This document shows positions 26,870 through 39,590 of a DNA stretch of 64,000 bases, piece after piece (positions within the stretch are counted from its first letter, which is position 1; each line of letters starts with the position of its first letter). The notes under the pieces are model-generated. The model made no database searches. It saw only the letters and a list, made by a program, of their open reading frames with translations, and was not told the origin of the DNA. The position numbers were made by a program, and so were the translations under genes. The stretch covers positions 58,466,001-58,530,000 of the forward strand of contig NC_042998.1 of the NCBI RefSeq assembly GCF_006345805.1, written 5' to 3'. The stretch comes from Octopus sinensis. Taxonomy: Eukaryota.

Positions 26870-27100
26870 TTACTTTACTTACTTAAGCCCTTCACTCCCC
26901 ATGGCACTTATGCTATTGATGACTTTTCTCCCGTTCTCAACTCTCAGTTGTCTTTTCTGTTTCTCTCCAATCGGATCCCTGCTTTTTCAGCCCTACCTCA
27001 GTATACCATCTTCAGCTAGTTTTTGGTGACCTTTCTTCAGCCTCCCTTGTGGGTTCCAGATCAGAGCCAAATGTGTAATGCAGGGTGTTGGTCTCCTTTC
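26870..27100 (-). mobile_element. RTE-clade LINE 3' fragment with (gtaa)n tail
   Basis: Minus strand reads ALIWNPQGRLKKGHQK..., resembling the RTE C-terminal WNPQGKRKRGRP motif. Confidence 0.55.
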
Positions 27101-30100
27101 AGATTTTGCTGCATCATGCCAGTGACATGTAAAAAGCATCCACTACACTCTTGGTGTGGTTGGCATTAGGAAGGGCAACCAGTTGAAGAAACCATGTCAA
27201 ATCAAAGTGAAATCTGGTGCAGCTCCCCAGCTTACCAGTCTTCAGTCAAACCATCCAACCAATGCCAGCATGGAAAACAGACATTAGATGATGATGATGT
27301 CATATGTTTCCTTGAGGGAAGACCCTCCTCTTCCAGGTCTTGTTGGTTTTGAATTGTCATCAAGACTTCAGTAACTTTGCATTTTCTAGATACAAGTGTT
27401 GGTCCTATGGAAACAGATTTTTTCCTCCAGGATGAGATGGTCCATATAAGTCTGGTTTCAATCCTTAGACCTTCCCAGCATAGGAGTCCCAACTAAGAGA
27501 TTACACTACACTGGCATAACTCACAAGGGTCATCGAGACACACAGGTAACCACACAGCAACAAGGACTGGACCTTGTGGTAGGCCTGCCATTCGGTTTGG
27601 GTCAAATAAGATACATATTAGTCATGTACCATGTCCCCTCCTCCACTATGTATTTTTCTTTTGTCTCTCTTAGAGATTAATTGCCAAGGAACCTTTATCA
27701 GTCAACCATCTTATAAACCTAATTGTAGTTACTGTCTAGTTTCATGTCAACCTTTTGATCAAGAGCATTCTTACTATGACTATCCTGTCATTTTGTGAGG
27801 ATGTCTAGGACTACATTACTTAATGTGTTCTTCCCGTTTTTAAGAATTTAAGGTGTAATTTGAGAGAGATTTGGTTGCTATTTCTATCAGGTTGAGAAAC
27901 TACAAATGTGTGCTGCCATCTGTTGGTGCACTACAAAACTAGTCCAGGAATATTATGATATCTACCTCATAATTTTATGAAATGGATTTAAGGCTATAAA
28001 TAATCATCATCATTTAATGTCCTCCTCGTATTGAAAATACAGAATAACTGGTTCTGTACCTATGGAACAACTTTCATGAAATATTTTTTCTAAGTGGGAA
28101 AGAAAGGGGGAATGATTGGAAAGAAACAAAATTTGTTCTAATTTTAGAAAGAATACACATACCCAACCTTAGAGACTCTGATGCTAACTATACATAACTA
28201 CCAATTGAAGAAGTTGCAATCTGTATTCAATTTTTTGTCACATTGCTTCATCATGCCTAGTTTGATATGTTAGGAGAGTATAAAGTTTTATATAGTACAA
28301 CTAGCTGGTCATATAAAATGATCAAAGAACAATTTATATGATAAGATAAAATTCTAAGAACCCAATTTTCTTTCTGCCAATACTGGTTGCAACTCAACTG
28401 TTCAATTCACATATGAAATACAGCAGTTTAGTGTACCCTGATTACTGGTCAAGTAACACCCACAGTACTTTGAGACCCTTTTCTATTCAATATCCATCTA
28501 CATTTATAATATTTGATGTTTTTGTGTTAGAAGCAATTTTGATTTTTGTACGTCTCTTTTAAATGAACAGAATGAGATACCAATATTGATCCATATACAT
28601 TACCATTGTGAAATAGCAATCATTTAAGTCTTCAAAGAATCAATAAATAACCTCCAGACATTAGTTTGCTATTCGATTCTTAGATAGCACATCAATCCTG
28701 AACTGTCCTCATACAAATCTAGATCATATTCCACTGTAAAAAAAGAAAAAAAGATTGCACAAAATATTTCTTGCACTTCTAACCACGCAAACAATAATAA
28801 ATTGTTTTTTCTGCAGTACTCGTATACACCCCAAAACATCTACAGATTCTAAGAACAGATTCACATCCCAAACTAATTCGTTTAGTTCAGTTTATATTAA
28901 AGGCTTATGCTTTGGTAATCTTCTTCTGGTTACTTAAATAATGTTATTATCTGAATTTGAATGAGAATGTGTATTATACTGATTTACTGATTGGAACTGT
29001 CAGGTAACTGAGGTAGCTATGGGGTATGCGTTTGATAGCTGATGAAGATTTGGGTATTGAAAAATTTCTTTGTTCCAGGTATTTGGCTGTGTGTTAAGTA
29101 GCTTGCTTACCAACCACATGGTTCTGGGTTCAGTCCCACTGTGTGGCACCTTGGGCAAGTGTCTTCTACTATAGTCTCAGGCCGACCAAAGCCTTGTGAG
29201 TGGATTTGGTAGATGAAAACTGAAAGAAGCCCGTCGTATGTGTGTGTGTGTGTGTGTGTATGTTTGTGTGTCTGTGTTTGTCCCCCCAACATCGCTTGAC
29301 AACTGATGGTGGTGTGTTTACGTCCCATCACTTAGCGGTTCGGCAAGAGAGACTGGTAGAATAAGTACTTGGCTTCCAAAGAATAAGTCCTGGGGTCGAT
29401 TTGCTTGACTAAAGGCGGTGCTCCAGCATGGCCATAGTCAGATGACTGAAAGAAATAAAAGAATAATGCATGAACAGAGCTATTGATCAGTATAATTTCT
29501 AGGGCCATGTTTTCTACCATGGCTCCAATTCCATATGTATGTCAATCCTAGAAGCCAAACTTTTACCACAATCTCCTAATTTTATTCTGAAGTAGGTATG
29601 ATAAACTCTTTATATTTTGGTTATAATTTTCAGCAACAAATTCAGTACTCAGTACATTATATAGCAAAATATATCTTGCTTATTGATGTGACCTCTTGAA
29701 GCCATTATTAAAAACTGTAATGTAAATTTATGATATATGTCTAAAATGCCTGTGAAATAAATATACACATAAACTTTTTGCAGATGATACTATGTGTGGT
29801 ATTTAAGTTCAGAAAATATAGATTTAATAGCTTTTATTACATGTTATCAGTTAAAATGGTAAATGTCCAAAGAGAATATCAGTAATGAGAAAATATTTCA
29901 AAAATATTTCAAAAAAATTGTTTTATTAATAGCTGCAAAAAGCTGATGATAGGAGAAATGGATATAAGTTTTTAATTTGGCACACCGAATAGCATTAGCA
30001 TTGCTTCTCAGATTTGATGTAGTCTGCTGTTATTTATCTTTAATTTACCAAAACTCAAAATGGTATGGTTGTCGTGTGTAAATTTCCAACAGTATTAAAC

Positions 30101-30709
30101 CATCGTCATCATATAACATCTGTTGTCCATGCTGGTATGGGTTTGGGTGGTTTGACCGGAGCTGGCAAGCTGGGGAGCTGCCCCAGGTTCCAGTCTAATT
30201 TGGCATGGTTTCTATAGCTTGATGCCCTTCCTAATGTCAATCACTTTACAGAGTGTACTGGGAGCTTTTATGTGCCACCACATGAACACTTTTATGTAGC
30301 ACCAGCATTAGTGCTTTTTATATGACACAGGATTCTTGCAAACCAATCCTTTTTATCTGGGTGAGTGACCCCAAAAACCTCTGCTGTAGAGTATGGGTCT
30401 TCTTGAGACTAGCCTTCAGAAAACTGTATAACTAACCTCCGTTCTAAAAATATTTATTATTCATAAAATTGCAAAGACAATTACTGAATGCAGAAATAGT
30501 GATGCAGTAAGAAAATGTTCTTGCATGTGAGTGTTTTTTTTCCTTATTTATTTAGGTTTAGGTGCAGAGAAAAACTGTATAAAAAAGTTTGTTTCACAAC
30601 CACGAGGTTTCAGATTTGACCCGATTGTATGGTACATTCAGTGTCTTTCATTGTGGTTTTGGGTTGCTTTCTGAGTATATTTGGTAGAAGTAAACTATGA
30701 AGAACTCTG

Positions 30710-30751
<42 letters not shown>

Positions 30752-32613
30752 CACACACACATGTACACACATACATATGCACACACACACACATGCACAC
30801 ACACGGCATATGGTATAAAGCTTGTGTGCAAAGGGTAATGCTGCATGTTATAAGATGTGAGAGTTGAACGAAGGAGGACCTACAAAAATTTGGAAAAATA
30901 ATACAAGCGGTGAGCATACCCTATCAGATATGTAATTTTGTGTGCATGAACAATGAACCACTAAAAGCCAAGAGAAAAACTGGAAATAAGAAGAATCCAG
31001 AGTAGTGTGTGAGAGAGAAGACTGTTTTAGCACAAGCATGTGATTAATATGGAGGCAGTTGGATGAAGATCCATACAATGCAACAGAAGGATTATGGTTG
31101 GTTGAAGCACATCGAGGATAGGAGGGCTACAGCTATCTATGAAGATATTCTCTCTCAGACAATTCCACAGCATCGTGCCTTTTAACAGTATGTATAAATT
31201 TAGTATGATATACAGATGGTGATTTTGGTGGCAAACACGCTGGAGACTCACCCAATCCCACACACTAAACATGACGATTGAGATGACATGAAAAGCACAA
31301 ACATAAATATTCACATATAGACCCATACCTCTACTCATATACTCAGAAAGCTACACACTCCTGAAATGTGCTAACACACATATAACTTGGCATTGTGTAG
31401 GCCAAACCAGTATAAAAATGAGTATAAAAATTATTAAACTTTGAACTTCTTTCCTTTAACACCTCAAATGTAAGATATTTTTCCGGTAGAGGGAGGCTCA
31501 TCTCATCAAACAATGGAATCTATCTACAAACATTATTTTGGGCCACCGAGCCCCAGAAACAGCTGTTGGATTTGTAATACATTTCTTCAACCCCTTTAAT
31601 CTTCTATATCATTTGTATTTTGTGTAAGGCGGACCTCTTTCTATGTAAACATATATACATTTGTTGTATTTCATGTATTTAATATACTTTATATATTGAC
31701 CTATGTAACTCGCTTAAGCCTACATTTACTTTAAAAAAGGATTAATATATATATATAAAGTCTCACATGTGTAATAAATGAGTGGAAAATCTTTGAGTAA
31801 TTCAGATTGTCTTTGCAATAACAAGACAAAATCTCACTTTAGGGATTTTTAAAATCCAGAAGTAAAAGAGTTAAGTCTTATATCAGAGAGTCCACATTTT
31901 TCGAATATCAATTTGCATGAACATGTGAGTGTGTTTGTGTGTGTGCAGCATGTGCGTGTAAGTGTGTGTGTGCATGTGTGTGTGTGTGAAAGTGTCATCA
32001 TCATCATCATCATCGTTCAACGTCCGTTTTCCGTGCTAGCATGTGTTGGACAGTTCGACTGGGGTCTGGGAAGCCAGGAGGCTGCATCAGGCTCCAGTTT
32101 GGTTTGTCAGTGTTTCTACAGCTGGATGCCCTACCTAACACCAACCACTCCGTGAGTGTAGTGGGTGCTTTTTACATGCCACTGGCACAGGTGCCAGGGG
32201 AGGCTGGCAGTGACCACGATCGGTTGGTGCTTTTTACGTGCCACTGACACAGGTATCACAACTACAATTTCCATTAATTGTGTATACCAATGTGCAACTA
32301 ATATGTCAAGTTGCTTCCTTTTAATGTAAAAAAAAAAGTAACTTAGACGTTGAAAAAACAGAGATCAATAAACTATGTACCAGACTGAAGTAAGTTTTGG
32401 TGTGGATATGATTGACTAAAACCCTTAAAGACAGTGTTCTAGCATGTCCACAGTCCAATGGCAAACTAATAAAAGAATAAAAGAATATTCTGATTTCCTT
32501 TGATGGATAATTATTGATTTCTGCGAAAATTCTAAACCAAAAATTACCAATTACCACCACTTTTTAAATATTACCTATGAATAACCAGAGCTACTTTGTA
32601 CTTTTCTTGACAG

Positions 32614-32828
32614 GTCTTGTAACGAGGGTGAATACATTTGATCTTGGCTTAGAACAACAACAGCGGCGGAAAATTTGTGATGCAATTGCAGCAGCTAGTA
32701 TTGTGCATAATTGTGCAGGAGTTGATACAACTCAGAACAGGTTCATGGGAATGCAGCAGTTTCAACATTTCCTGGAGGACTATCAAGAAGAAAGTGTGGA
32801 TAATGAAAGAATTTATCAGCTGATTCAG
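32614..32828 (+). CDS. PLCE1: PLC-epsilon exon (GLVTRVNTFDLG...ICDAIAAASIVHNCAGVD...IYQLIQ), EF-hand-like region
   Basis: Acceptor ttgacAG ends at 32613 and donor GTctgt starts at 32829; phase 1/0, completing the Gly codon split by the previous intron. DAIAAASIV is a PLC-epsilon motif. Confidence 0.92.
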
Positions 32829-33829
32829 GTCTGTAAATCTACTGACATTTTTATTCTAATTGTCATAAATTAAAGATCGAGAAAGAGAGAGAGAGGAACA
32901 GAAAAAACTAGATGGGCTGCAGTGTTGTTTTAGATGTGGGATCGCAGTTGTTTTATTTTAAAACTTTAGAGAAATACCCTGCAACACAGTTGTAGTTAAG
33001 TCTAAAGTAACATGTTTAGTGTAGTTAGACAAAAATGATTTTAATCAATTGAAAAAAATTACCCTCTAAGAAAAGTCATTAACTTTTTTGTTAATGTTAT
33101 TTCTTGTCAAGGAAAGCAAGGTAAAGAACTCTGTAATTTAAATTGATAAAAAATTTAGAAAAAAATATGTAGTGAGTAATTTATATTATGGTAAATGTGG
33201 TGACAATTTCAGACACATTTCAGTTTTATTCAATGTCTTGGCATGTAACTCAAAATAGTCAGCAACTTCAGGTACCTTGGATCAAAGGGACAAGCCTGAA
33301 GTGCTTGCAATAAAGATTTTCAAGGTAATCAAGTATTTAAAAGTCAACAAGTCTGACATTTACTTCACTTGGTTTGCTTCATGCTCTTGCATGATGAGGC
33401 TGGGGTCATCCCAGATTAGTGGTCCCAGAGATGTCATCATGTGTGGAGCTGACCAGGTCCACCAGTGCTCTTCCCTCACTGGCAGCCCCGTGTCAGCCCC
33501 TCTGCATCATGGCCTTCTTCAGGGCATGTGTAAAGAGCATTCATCTCCATGGAGGTGAAACATTGACTATGAAGAAAAGTTTTCAAGATCATCTTAATAG
33601 TGCACATACTAAGCTTTTCATGTGGGCTCAAAACATCTCATGGCCAGAGCACAATGCTAAAGAAGAAATTTAAGGATACATTCTGTCTGTATCTACTATT
33701 GTTGCTCAATGCAGAGTAGGTTTTGCAGAATATTGCAATCATGGTGAACAAGCCTAACAGAGGACAAAGACCAATCAACAACATTAATGTTGTTAACAAA
33801 GACACACATGTGAAATGGTGCAAAGTCCT

Positions 33830-34270
33830 GTTGACAGACACAGGGTCTTCTAGCAGCCACCCTCCTGACCCAGGGCAGCAATACCTACTCCAGGCACTTG
33901 ATGTAGGCCTCCAGGTTGAGTCTGAGGCTGTGTGGGAAGATGAATGGAGGCATAGAATCACCATGGCTAGTGATCACTCCAAACACCATGATGTTGACTA
34001 GATGTTTGATTTTTATCACTCAGTACACGTCCTCAGTTTGACACTCAAACACTCTGAAATGTTCATAGTGGAGCTTCTGGCAAGAATGCTAAGCAGTACA
34101 GCATGTTGTTTCGAAATTTCTGGCAGATTGAATTGCGTTATGGTTCTATTTTTCCCACAGATGGTGCCCAACTGACCCTACTATAGTGTGTAGTCAACAA
34201 AATCAAAAACAAACAATGCATATGCGCAAAATTAAAAATAAGAAATGGTGACAGTTTACCCATTGCATCC
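33830..34270 (-). mobile_element. Tc1/mariner (DD37D/maT-like) remnant, internally deleted
   Basis: Minus strand: terminus ggatgcaatgggtaaactgtcacc next to a TA run; catalytic fragment IMVFGVITSHGDSMPPFIFPHSLRLNLEAYIKCLE*VLLPWV...QQDFAPFH; a frameshifted N-terminal fragment lies at about 34020-34140. Confidence 0.75.
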
Positions 34271-34282
34271 TATATATATATA

Positions 34283-34551
34283 TATCTGTAAATGTAATAT
34301 GTGACAATTATTCGGTAGCTATGATAAAACTCCGAGTTTCAGATGCTGAGGTGGAAATCTATGCCACCATCTCTTCAGTTATCTGGCCATCAGAAAAATG
34401 CCTAAGCTTTCCATCTCATGTGCTTAATCAGGTCTGTAATTTTCTGGCTGGATAACTGAAGAGATGGCAGTGTGGATATCCACCTCGGCATCCGTAACTC
34501 AGAGTTTTATCATGGCTACCGAATAATTGTCACATATTACATTTATAGATA
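34283..34551. repeat. Palindromic element (arms about 105 bp) with hammerhead-like motifs; probable Penelope-like terminal remnant
   Basis: tctgtaaatgtaatatgtgacaattattcggtagc... pairs with ...gctaccgaataattgtcacatattacatttataga; each arm carries CTGAAGA...G(A/T)AA. Confidence 0.85.
34323..34383 (-). ncRNA. Candidate type I hammerhead ribozyme (imperfect stem II junction)
   Basis: Minus strand: gataa CTGAAGA gatg..gtgg/ccac..catc t GAAA ctcggag TT ttatc. Stem I is gataa/ttatc and stem III is near-palindromic. Confidence 0.5.
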
Positions 34552-34615
34552 AATTCTTCTATTTACATAATATCAAGGTCTCTTTCTTTCTTTTGTTGTC
34601 TTAGCATTTTTATCA

Positions 34616-34647
<32 letters not shown>

Positions 34648-34806
34648 AAGATTAAATAAACAATAATTAAGAAAAAAACATTACAAATATGAATTAAAAC
34701 ATCAAAGCAAGCCAAAGATTTCTGAACCTAATATGTATCATGAATAATGGTTATTTTAAGGAAGAAAAAGCTTTTGTATAAATTTCTCTTTATTTCTCAT
34801 TAAAAG

Positions 34807-34929
34807 CTTCATGAACCTAATCCAATTCCACGAGAACATGGATATCTTTCATTTGAAGGCTTTGCCCGGTATCTGATGGATAAAGAGAACTATGCATACA
34901 TAAATGAAAAACTAAAGTGCCGAAAAGAG
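34807..34929 (+). CDS. PLCE1: PLC-epsilon exon (LHEPNPIPREHGYLSFEGFARYLMDKENYAYINEKLKCRKE)
   Basis: Acceptor taaaAG ends at 34806 and donor GTaaga starts at 34930; 123 nt, phase 0/0. SFEGFARYLMDKEN is the conserved pre-X-box motif. Too short for the ORF track. Confidence 0.93.
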
Positions 34930-35877
34930 GTAAGATGTAAAAAAAATTTTTTTTTTATTGTGTTTTGAAATTAAGAAAATCTTATCTTTTTTATTGATAC
35001 CGCACAGGTCTTCATATTCTGTTTAGGAAACAAAATTGGTTTATTCTGTATCATAGATAATAGTTCTAGAGATTAACTGTAATTAGTCTGAAGTGTAAAA
35101 ATCTATGTGTGTGTGTGTGTGTGTAATTTATAAATATATATAATTGTGATTAGTCTTTAAGTGTAAGAATGTTGTGTGTGTGTGTGTGTGTAATTATAAT
35201 GAGCAAAGAATAATTATTTCACTCTTCATCAACTTAATTCTCTCAATGCTTCTCAATACACACACACACACATGCATTCATCTTTTTTGCAACTCAATCT
35301 CAAAGCCCACAGAGCTACAAATAACAGCATTTTGGATATAAAAAAAGTTGAAGGTTGCCCATGAGATTTCTGCCTAAATCACTTATAGACGTGACAAGCA
35401 TTCTATCATCAGACCAAAACAATCCTTCAAATTTCTCTACCCAATCTAGAAACTTTATTCTTACTAGCAAGAATTGAATGGCATTGACAGCATAAGAACT
35501 TACTTTCTAGAGAACATGAAATAATTATTTTTTGGAATAAGCAGCCTTCAACTTTTTCTATCCAAAAAGGAACAGAATCAGTATGACAAAGTGTAACAGA
35601 TTACAGTCAATTTCATGAACATTCCTTCCATACAAACTTCATTCAAGTGCTTCGGTCAATTCAAGATTCTGCTAAAAGAGTCATGTCAGATAAGCAGGAG
35701 TGGCTATGTGGCTGTGTGGTAAGTAGCTTGCTTACCAACCACATGGTTCTGGGTTCATTCCCACTGTGTGACACCTTGGGCAAGTGTCTTCTCCTATAGC
35801 CTCGAGCCGACCAAAGCCTTGTGAGTGGATTTAGTAGATGGAAACTGAAAGAAGCCCGTCATATATATGTGTGTGTG

Positions 35878-35908
<31 letters not shown>

Positions 35909-37722
35909 ATATGTTTGTGGGTCTCTGTTTGTCCCCCAACCATCGCTTGACAACCGATGTTGGTGTGCTTATATCCCCATAACATAGTGGTTCAGCAAAA
36001 GAGACTGATAGAATAAGTACTAGGCTTACAAAGAATAAGTCCTGGCATCGATTTGCTTGACTAAAAGCGGTGCACCAGCTTGGCCGCAGTCAAAGGACTG
36101 AAACAAGTAAAAGAGTAAGACTGAGTCCAGGACCTCATGATTTTGAAACAAACTTCTTAACTACCTGATCATGCCTTCATCCAATATATATCATCATTAT
36201 TTTAATGACTACTTCCCTCATGCTTGCATGAGACAGACGAGAGTATGTTGGGAGCAGAGATTTTTGTTTTTACAGCTGAATGCTGTTACTCTTCCTTTTA
36301 CTTATCTCCAAGTGAGGCACTAATATTCCAATCTACTGAACAACAAAAAGCCTGGACATGCTTATCCAGAGTACTGGAAACAAACAACGCTGTATGAATG
36401 AAACATTTGTTTACAAAGATTGTGCAACACATCAAGAAGTTCAGGCATGCTTTCACAGTGAAATGCAAGCAAGGGGCACCATCAACAAAATTATTGTTCA
36501 TAACCAGCAAGTGAAGACATGTGAAGTGGTAGGAAATATGAGCTCCCTCACAGAAACACACACATTATCATCATCATCATCATCATCCGTTTTCCGCGCT
36601 AGCACAGGTTGGACGGTTTGACCGGGGTCTGGGAAGCCAGGGCTGCACCAGGCTCCAGTCTGATCTGGCAGTGTTTCTACAGCTGGATGCCCTTCCTAAC
36701 GCCAACCATTCCACGAGTGTAGTGGGTGCTTTTTATGTGCCACCTGCACAGGTGCCAGGGGGCGTCTGGCATCGGCCACGATCGGTTGGTGCTTTTAACG
36801 TGCCACCGCCACGGAAGCCAGACAAGGCGGCGCTGGCATCGGCCATGTTCAGATGGTGCTTTTTATGTGCCACCGGCACAGAAGCCAGTCGAGGCAGCAC
36901 TGGCAACGGCCACGTTCGGATAGTGCTTTTTATGTGCCACCGGCACAGGTATCACAACTACTATTTGCATTGATATTTGTTTCGATGTTCTTGTACATGC
37001 ACTTGACTCAACAGGTCTCCTCAAGCACAGCGAGATGTTCCAGGATCCAAGGTACTTGAATGGGCAGGGGCTATGCGGAACTGGTGCCGGAAGCATCCCG
37101 GGTCTTTGTAGTCACAGCACATCTCCAGAGATCTCGGTCCTTCACCATTGCCTCGAATATGAATATATTTATATATATATATTAATTTAGAGATAGTATA
37201 CCCCTACTTCTCACCAAATAAAAAGAATTTTTATTTTTATTTTAAATACCTACTGTTTTATTTATTCCTTGGCAACACGTGTTTCATGAGGTACATCCTC
37301 GGGTTCCTAAACCACTCCGTGTTTCCCTGGAATCCATCTCAAGATGCCACCCCAATCATCAGGCCCTTATAACTTTATCAACGTTCAATATAATAAACTA
37401 TATTTCAATTTTTAAATCCCATAAATATGTGCAAAATAAGTTTGTTTAAATTAGGTATGTTTAGTTTCACTGGACTAAATATACTCAGTTCACTCAGTAA
37501 AGTGGTTGGTGTTAGAAGGGGCATCTAGCTGTAAAATTCATACCAAAGTAGACAGTGGAGCTTGATGCAGTCCTCTAGCTTGCCAGCTCCCATCAAACCA
37601 TCTAACCTATGCCAGCATGGAAGCCAGACATTAAAGGATGATGATGATAAGGAGGAAGAGGAGGAGGAGGAGGAGGATGGTAATGGTGGTGGGTGGTGGT
37701 TTAGTGGATGATGATGATGATA

Positions 37723-37764
<42 letters not shown>

Positions 37765-37875
37765 GTATGCATGTGTGCATGTTCCTACCAATTAATCCAC
37801 ATGAAAAATTTCTTTAATTGATTTTATATAGCATTTAAACTAATTCTGATCTGTTTTCGCTTGAATACTCCACAG

Positions 37876-37980
37876 GATATGGATCACCCATTGTCTCATT
37901 ACTACATAGCATCTTCACATAACACATACCTAACTGGTCATCAGCTCAAAGGAGAATCATCAGTGGAACTGTATAGTCAA
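37876..37980 (+). CDS. PLCE1: PLC-epsilon exon, start of catalytic X box ([35 protein letters not shown])
   Basis: Acceptor ccacAG ends at 37875 and donor GTaagc starts at 37981; 105 nt, phase 0/0. Contains the SSHNTYL catalytic His motif of PI-PLCs. Confidence 0.97.
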
Positions 37981-38756
37981 GTAAGCAAACTTTGGTTTTC
38001 TTGTTTTACTTCCTTGTATCCTCTGACTACCTAATCAATTCATGTATAATATATAATTTCATAACCTTGGTTTTAAATTCCAGATGTTAGGCTTTATGTT
38101 TTATATACCAGAACTCAATGCTCCTCATTCCCTGACTATGATCAGGACACGGTTATGATTAGGACAGTATGAGCAGAAGTAAGTTATATCTATTACCGAA
38201 GCTAACTAATGTGTAGCAGAATTAAAATCACAATGCAATTTATCCATAACAGTAATATAGTAAACATTCCTTATGTTTTTATAAGTATAAATAAATTATC
38301 TAAATATTATGTTACTGGCTTGGATCATGCTTATGATAATAATAAACATGCTTGGCTGTCCATATCAGAACAGAAATTCTACAGATTAATGTTTAAGTAC
38401 AAATTTTTGCTCATAGTTGTTGATATGAAGTGGACAGAGATAACACTGAAACACTGATTTTGTTTCTATCCAGGCAGAAATTTATATAACAAATAGATAC
38501 TATCTATAAGCAGTCTACACAATTTATGTCCAGTGAAATTACATATGAAACACTGGATGGAGCGTTTGAATAATTATCTTGTTTATCAATTTAACCCTTT
38601 TGTTACCATATTTCTGTTAGAATACACTGCCTGAAGAATTTAGTAAAATAACTTTATTGTTATTAAGCTTGTGTTTGGAATATAGATTAACATGAAATTT
38701 CGATAGGAAGTTTTAAATTTATATAAATCTCAAATAAGAATTTTATATTAGACTTT

Positions 38757-39209
38757 TGGTGAAGAGATTATTCAAAGCATGTGCTGGACTGATGTTTGCT
38801 TCAACGTGGAAGTTCTACTAGCTTCAGTAATTCAATTACAGAAACAACAACAACAGCAGTTGTTGGAATTTCAGAAGTAACAGCGACTGTTAGTACAACT
38901 GATACGGAAGACAACAGAAAATGCAAAAGGTTCATTTACCCCTGACACTGTCACAAACTCGATCGGAAAGTTTGCATTTAACCCAGAGGAGTGTACTGCC
39001 TTCCTTGTTTACTTTCGAATGTATTCTTTTATTCTTTTACCTGTTTCAGTCATTTGACTGTGGCTATGCTGGAGCACCACCTTTAGTCGAATAAATTGAC
39101 CCCCCAAGACTTATTCTTTGGAAGCCTAGCACTTATTCTATCAGTCATAAACACACCAACATTGGTTGTCAAGCGATGGTGGGGGAACAGACACAGACAC
39201 AAACAACAA

Positions 39210-39279
<70 letters not shown>

Positions 39280-39590
39280 ATATGATGGGCTTCTTTCAGT
39301 TTTCGTCTACCAAATCCACTCACAAGGCTTTGGTCAGCCCGAAGCTATAGTAGAAGACAATTGCCGAACATGCCATGCAGTGGGACTGAACCCAGAACCA
39401 TGTGGTTGGGAAGCAAGCTTCTTTCCACACAGCCACTCCTGTGCCTATGAGGAAATTTTTTACAGAAGAATGCTGTGACTGGCAAGTCAAGAAAAAAACT
39501 CCACTTTTGTTGAGAAAGTTGGCACCAGCAACACATGAGAGGTTTTGCGATTACATATGTACCAGCACCTAAGCAAATTGTGGAAACTAC
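38757..39590 (+). mobile_element. Ty3/gypsy LTR retrotransposon gag remnant, split by SINE A (39023-39447)
   Basis: PBS-like tggtgaagagatt at 38757; peptide ...QLQKQQQQQLLEF...SFTPDTVTNSIGKFAFNPEECTAFLVYFRMY|YEEIF..EECCDWQVKKKTPLLLRKLAPATHERFCDYI resembles Mag/K02A2.6-type gag N-termini; contains a stop and a frameshift. Confidence 0.65.
39023..39447 (-). mobile_element. SINE family A, minus copy with internal deletion
   Basis: Reverse complement of the family A consensus. Confidence 0.88.

Noticed and set aside
30780-31410. Higher-complexity segment with several short ORFs
   Set aside because: No recognisable protein motif or splice-consistent frame; probably a decayed transposon, unassignable without a search.
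33250-33820. GC-richer segment with overlapping ORFs next to the Tc1/mariner remnant
   Set aside because: No motif recognised on either strand; could not be tied to the transposase or to PLC-epsilon.
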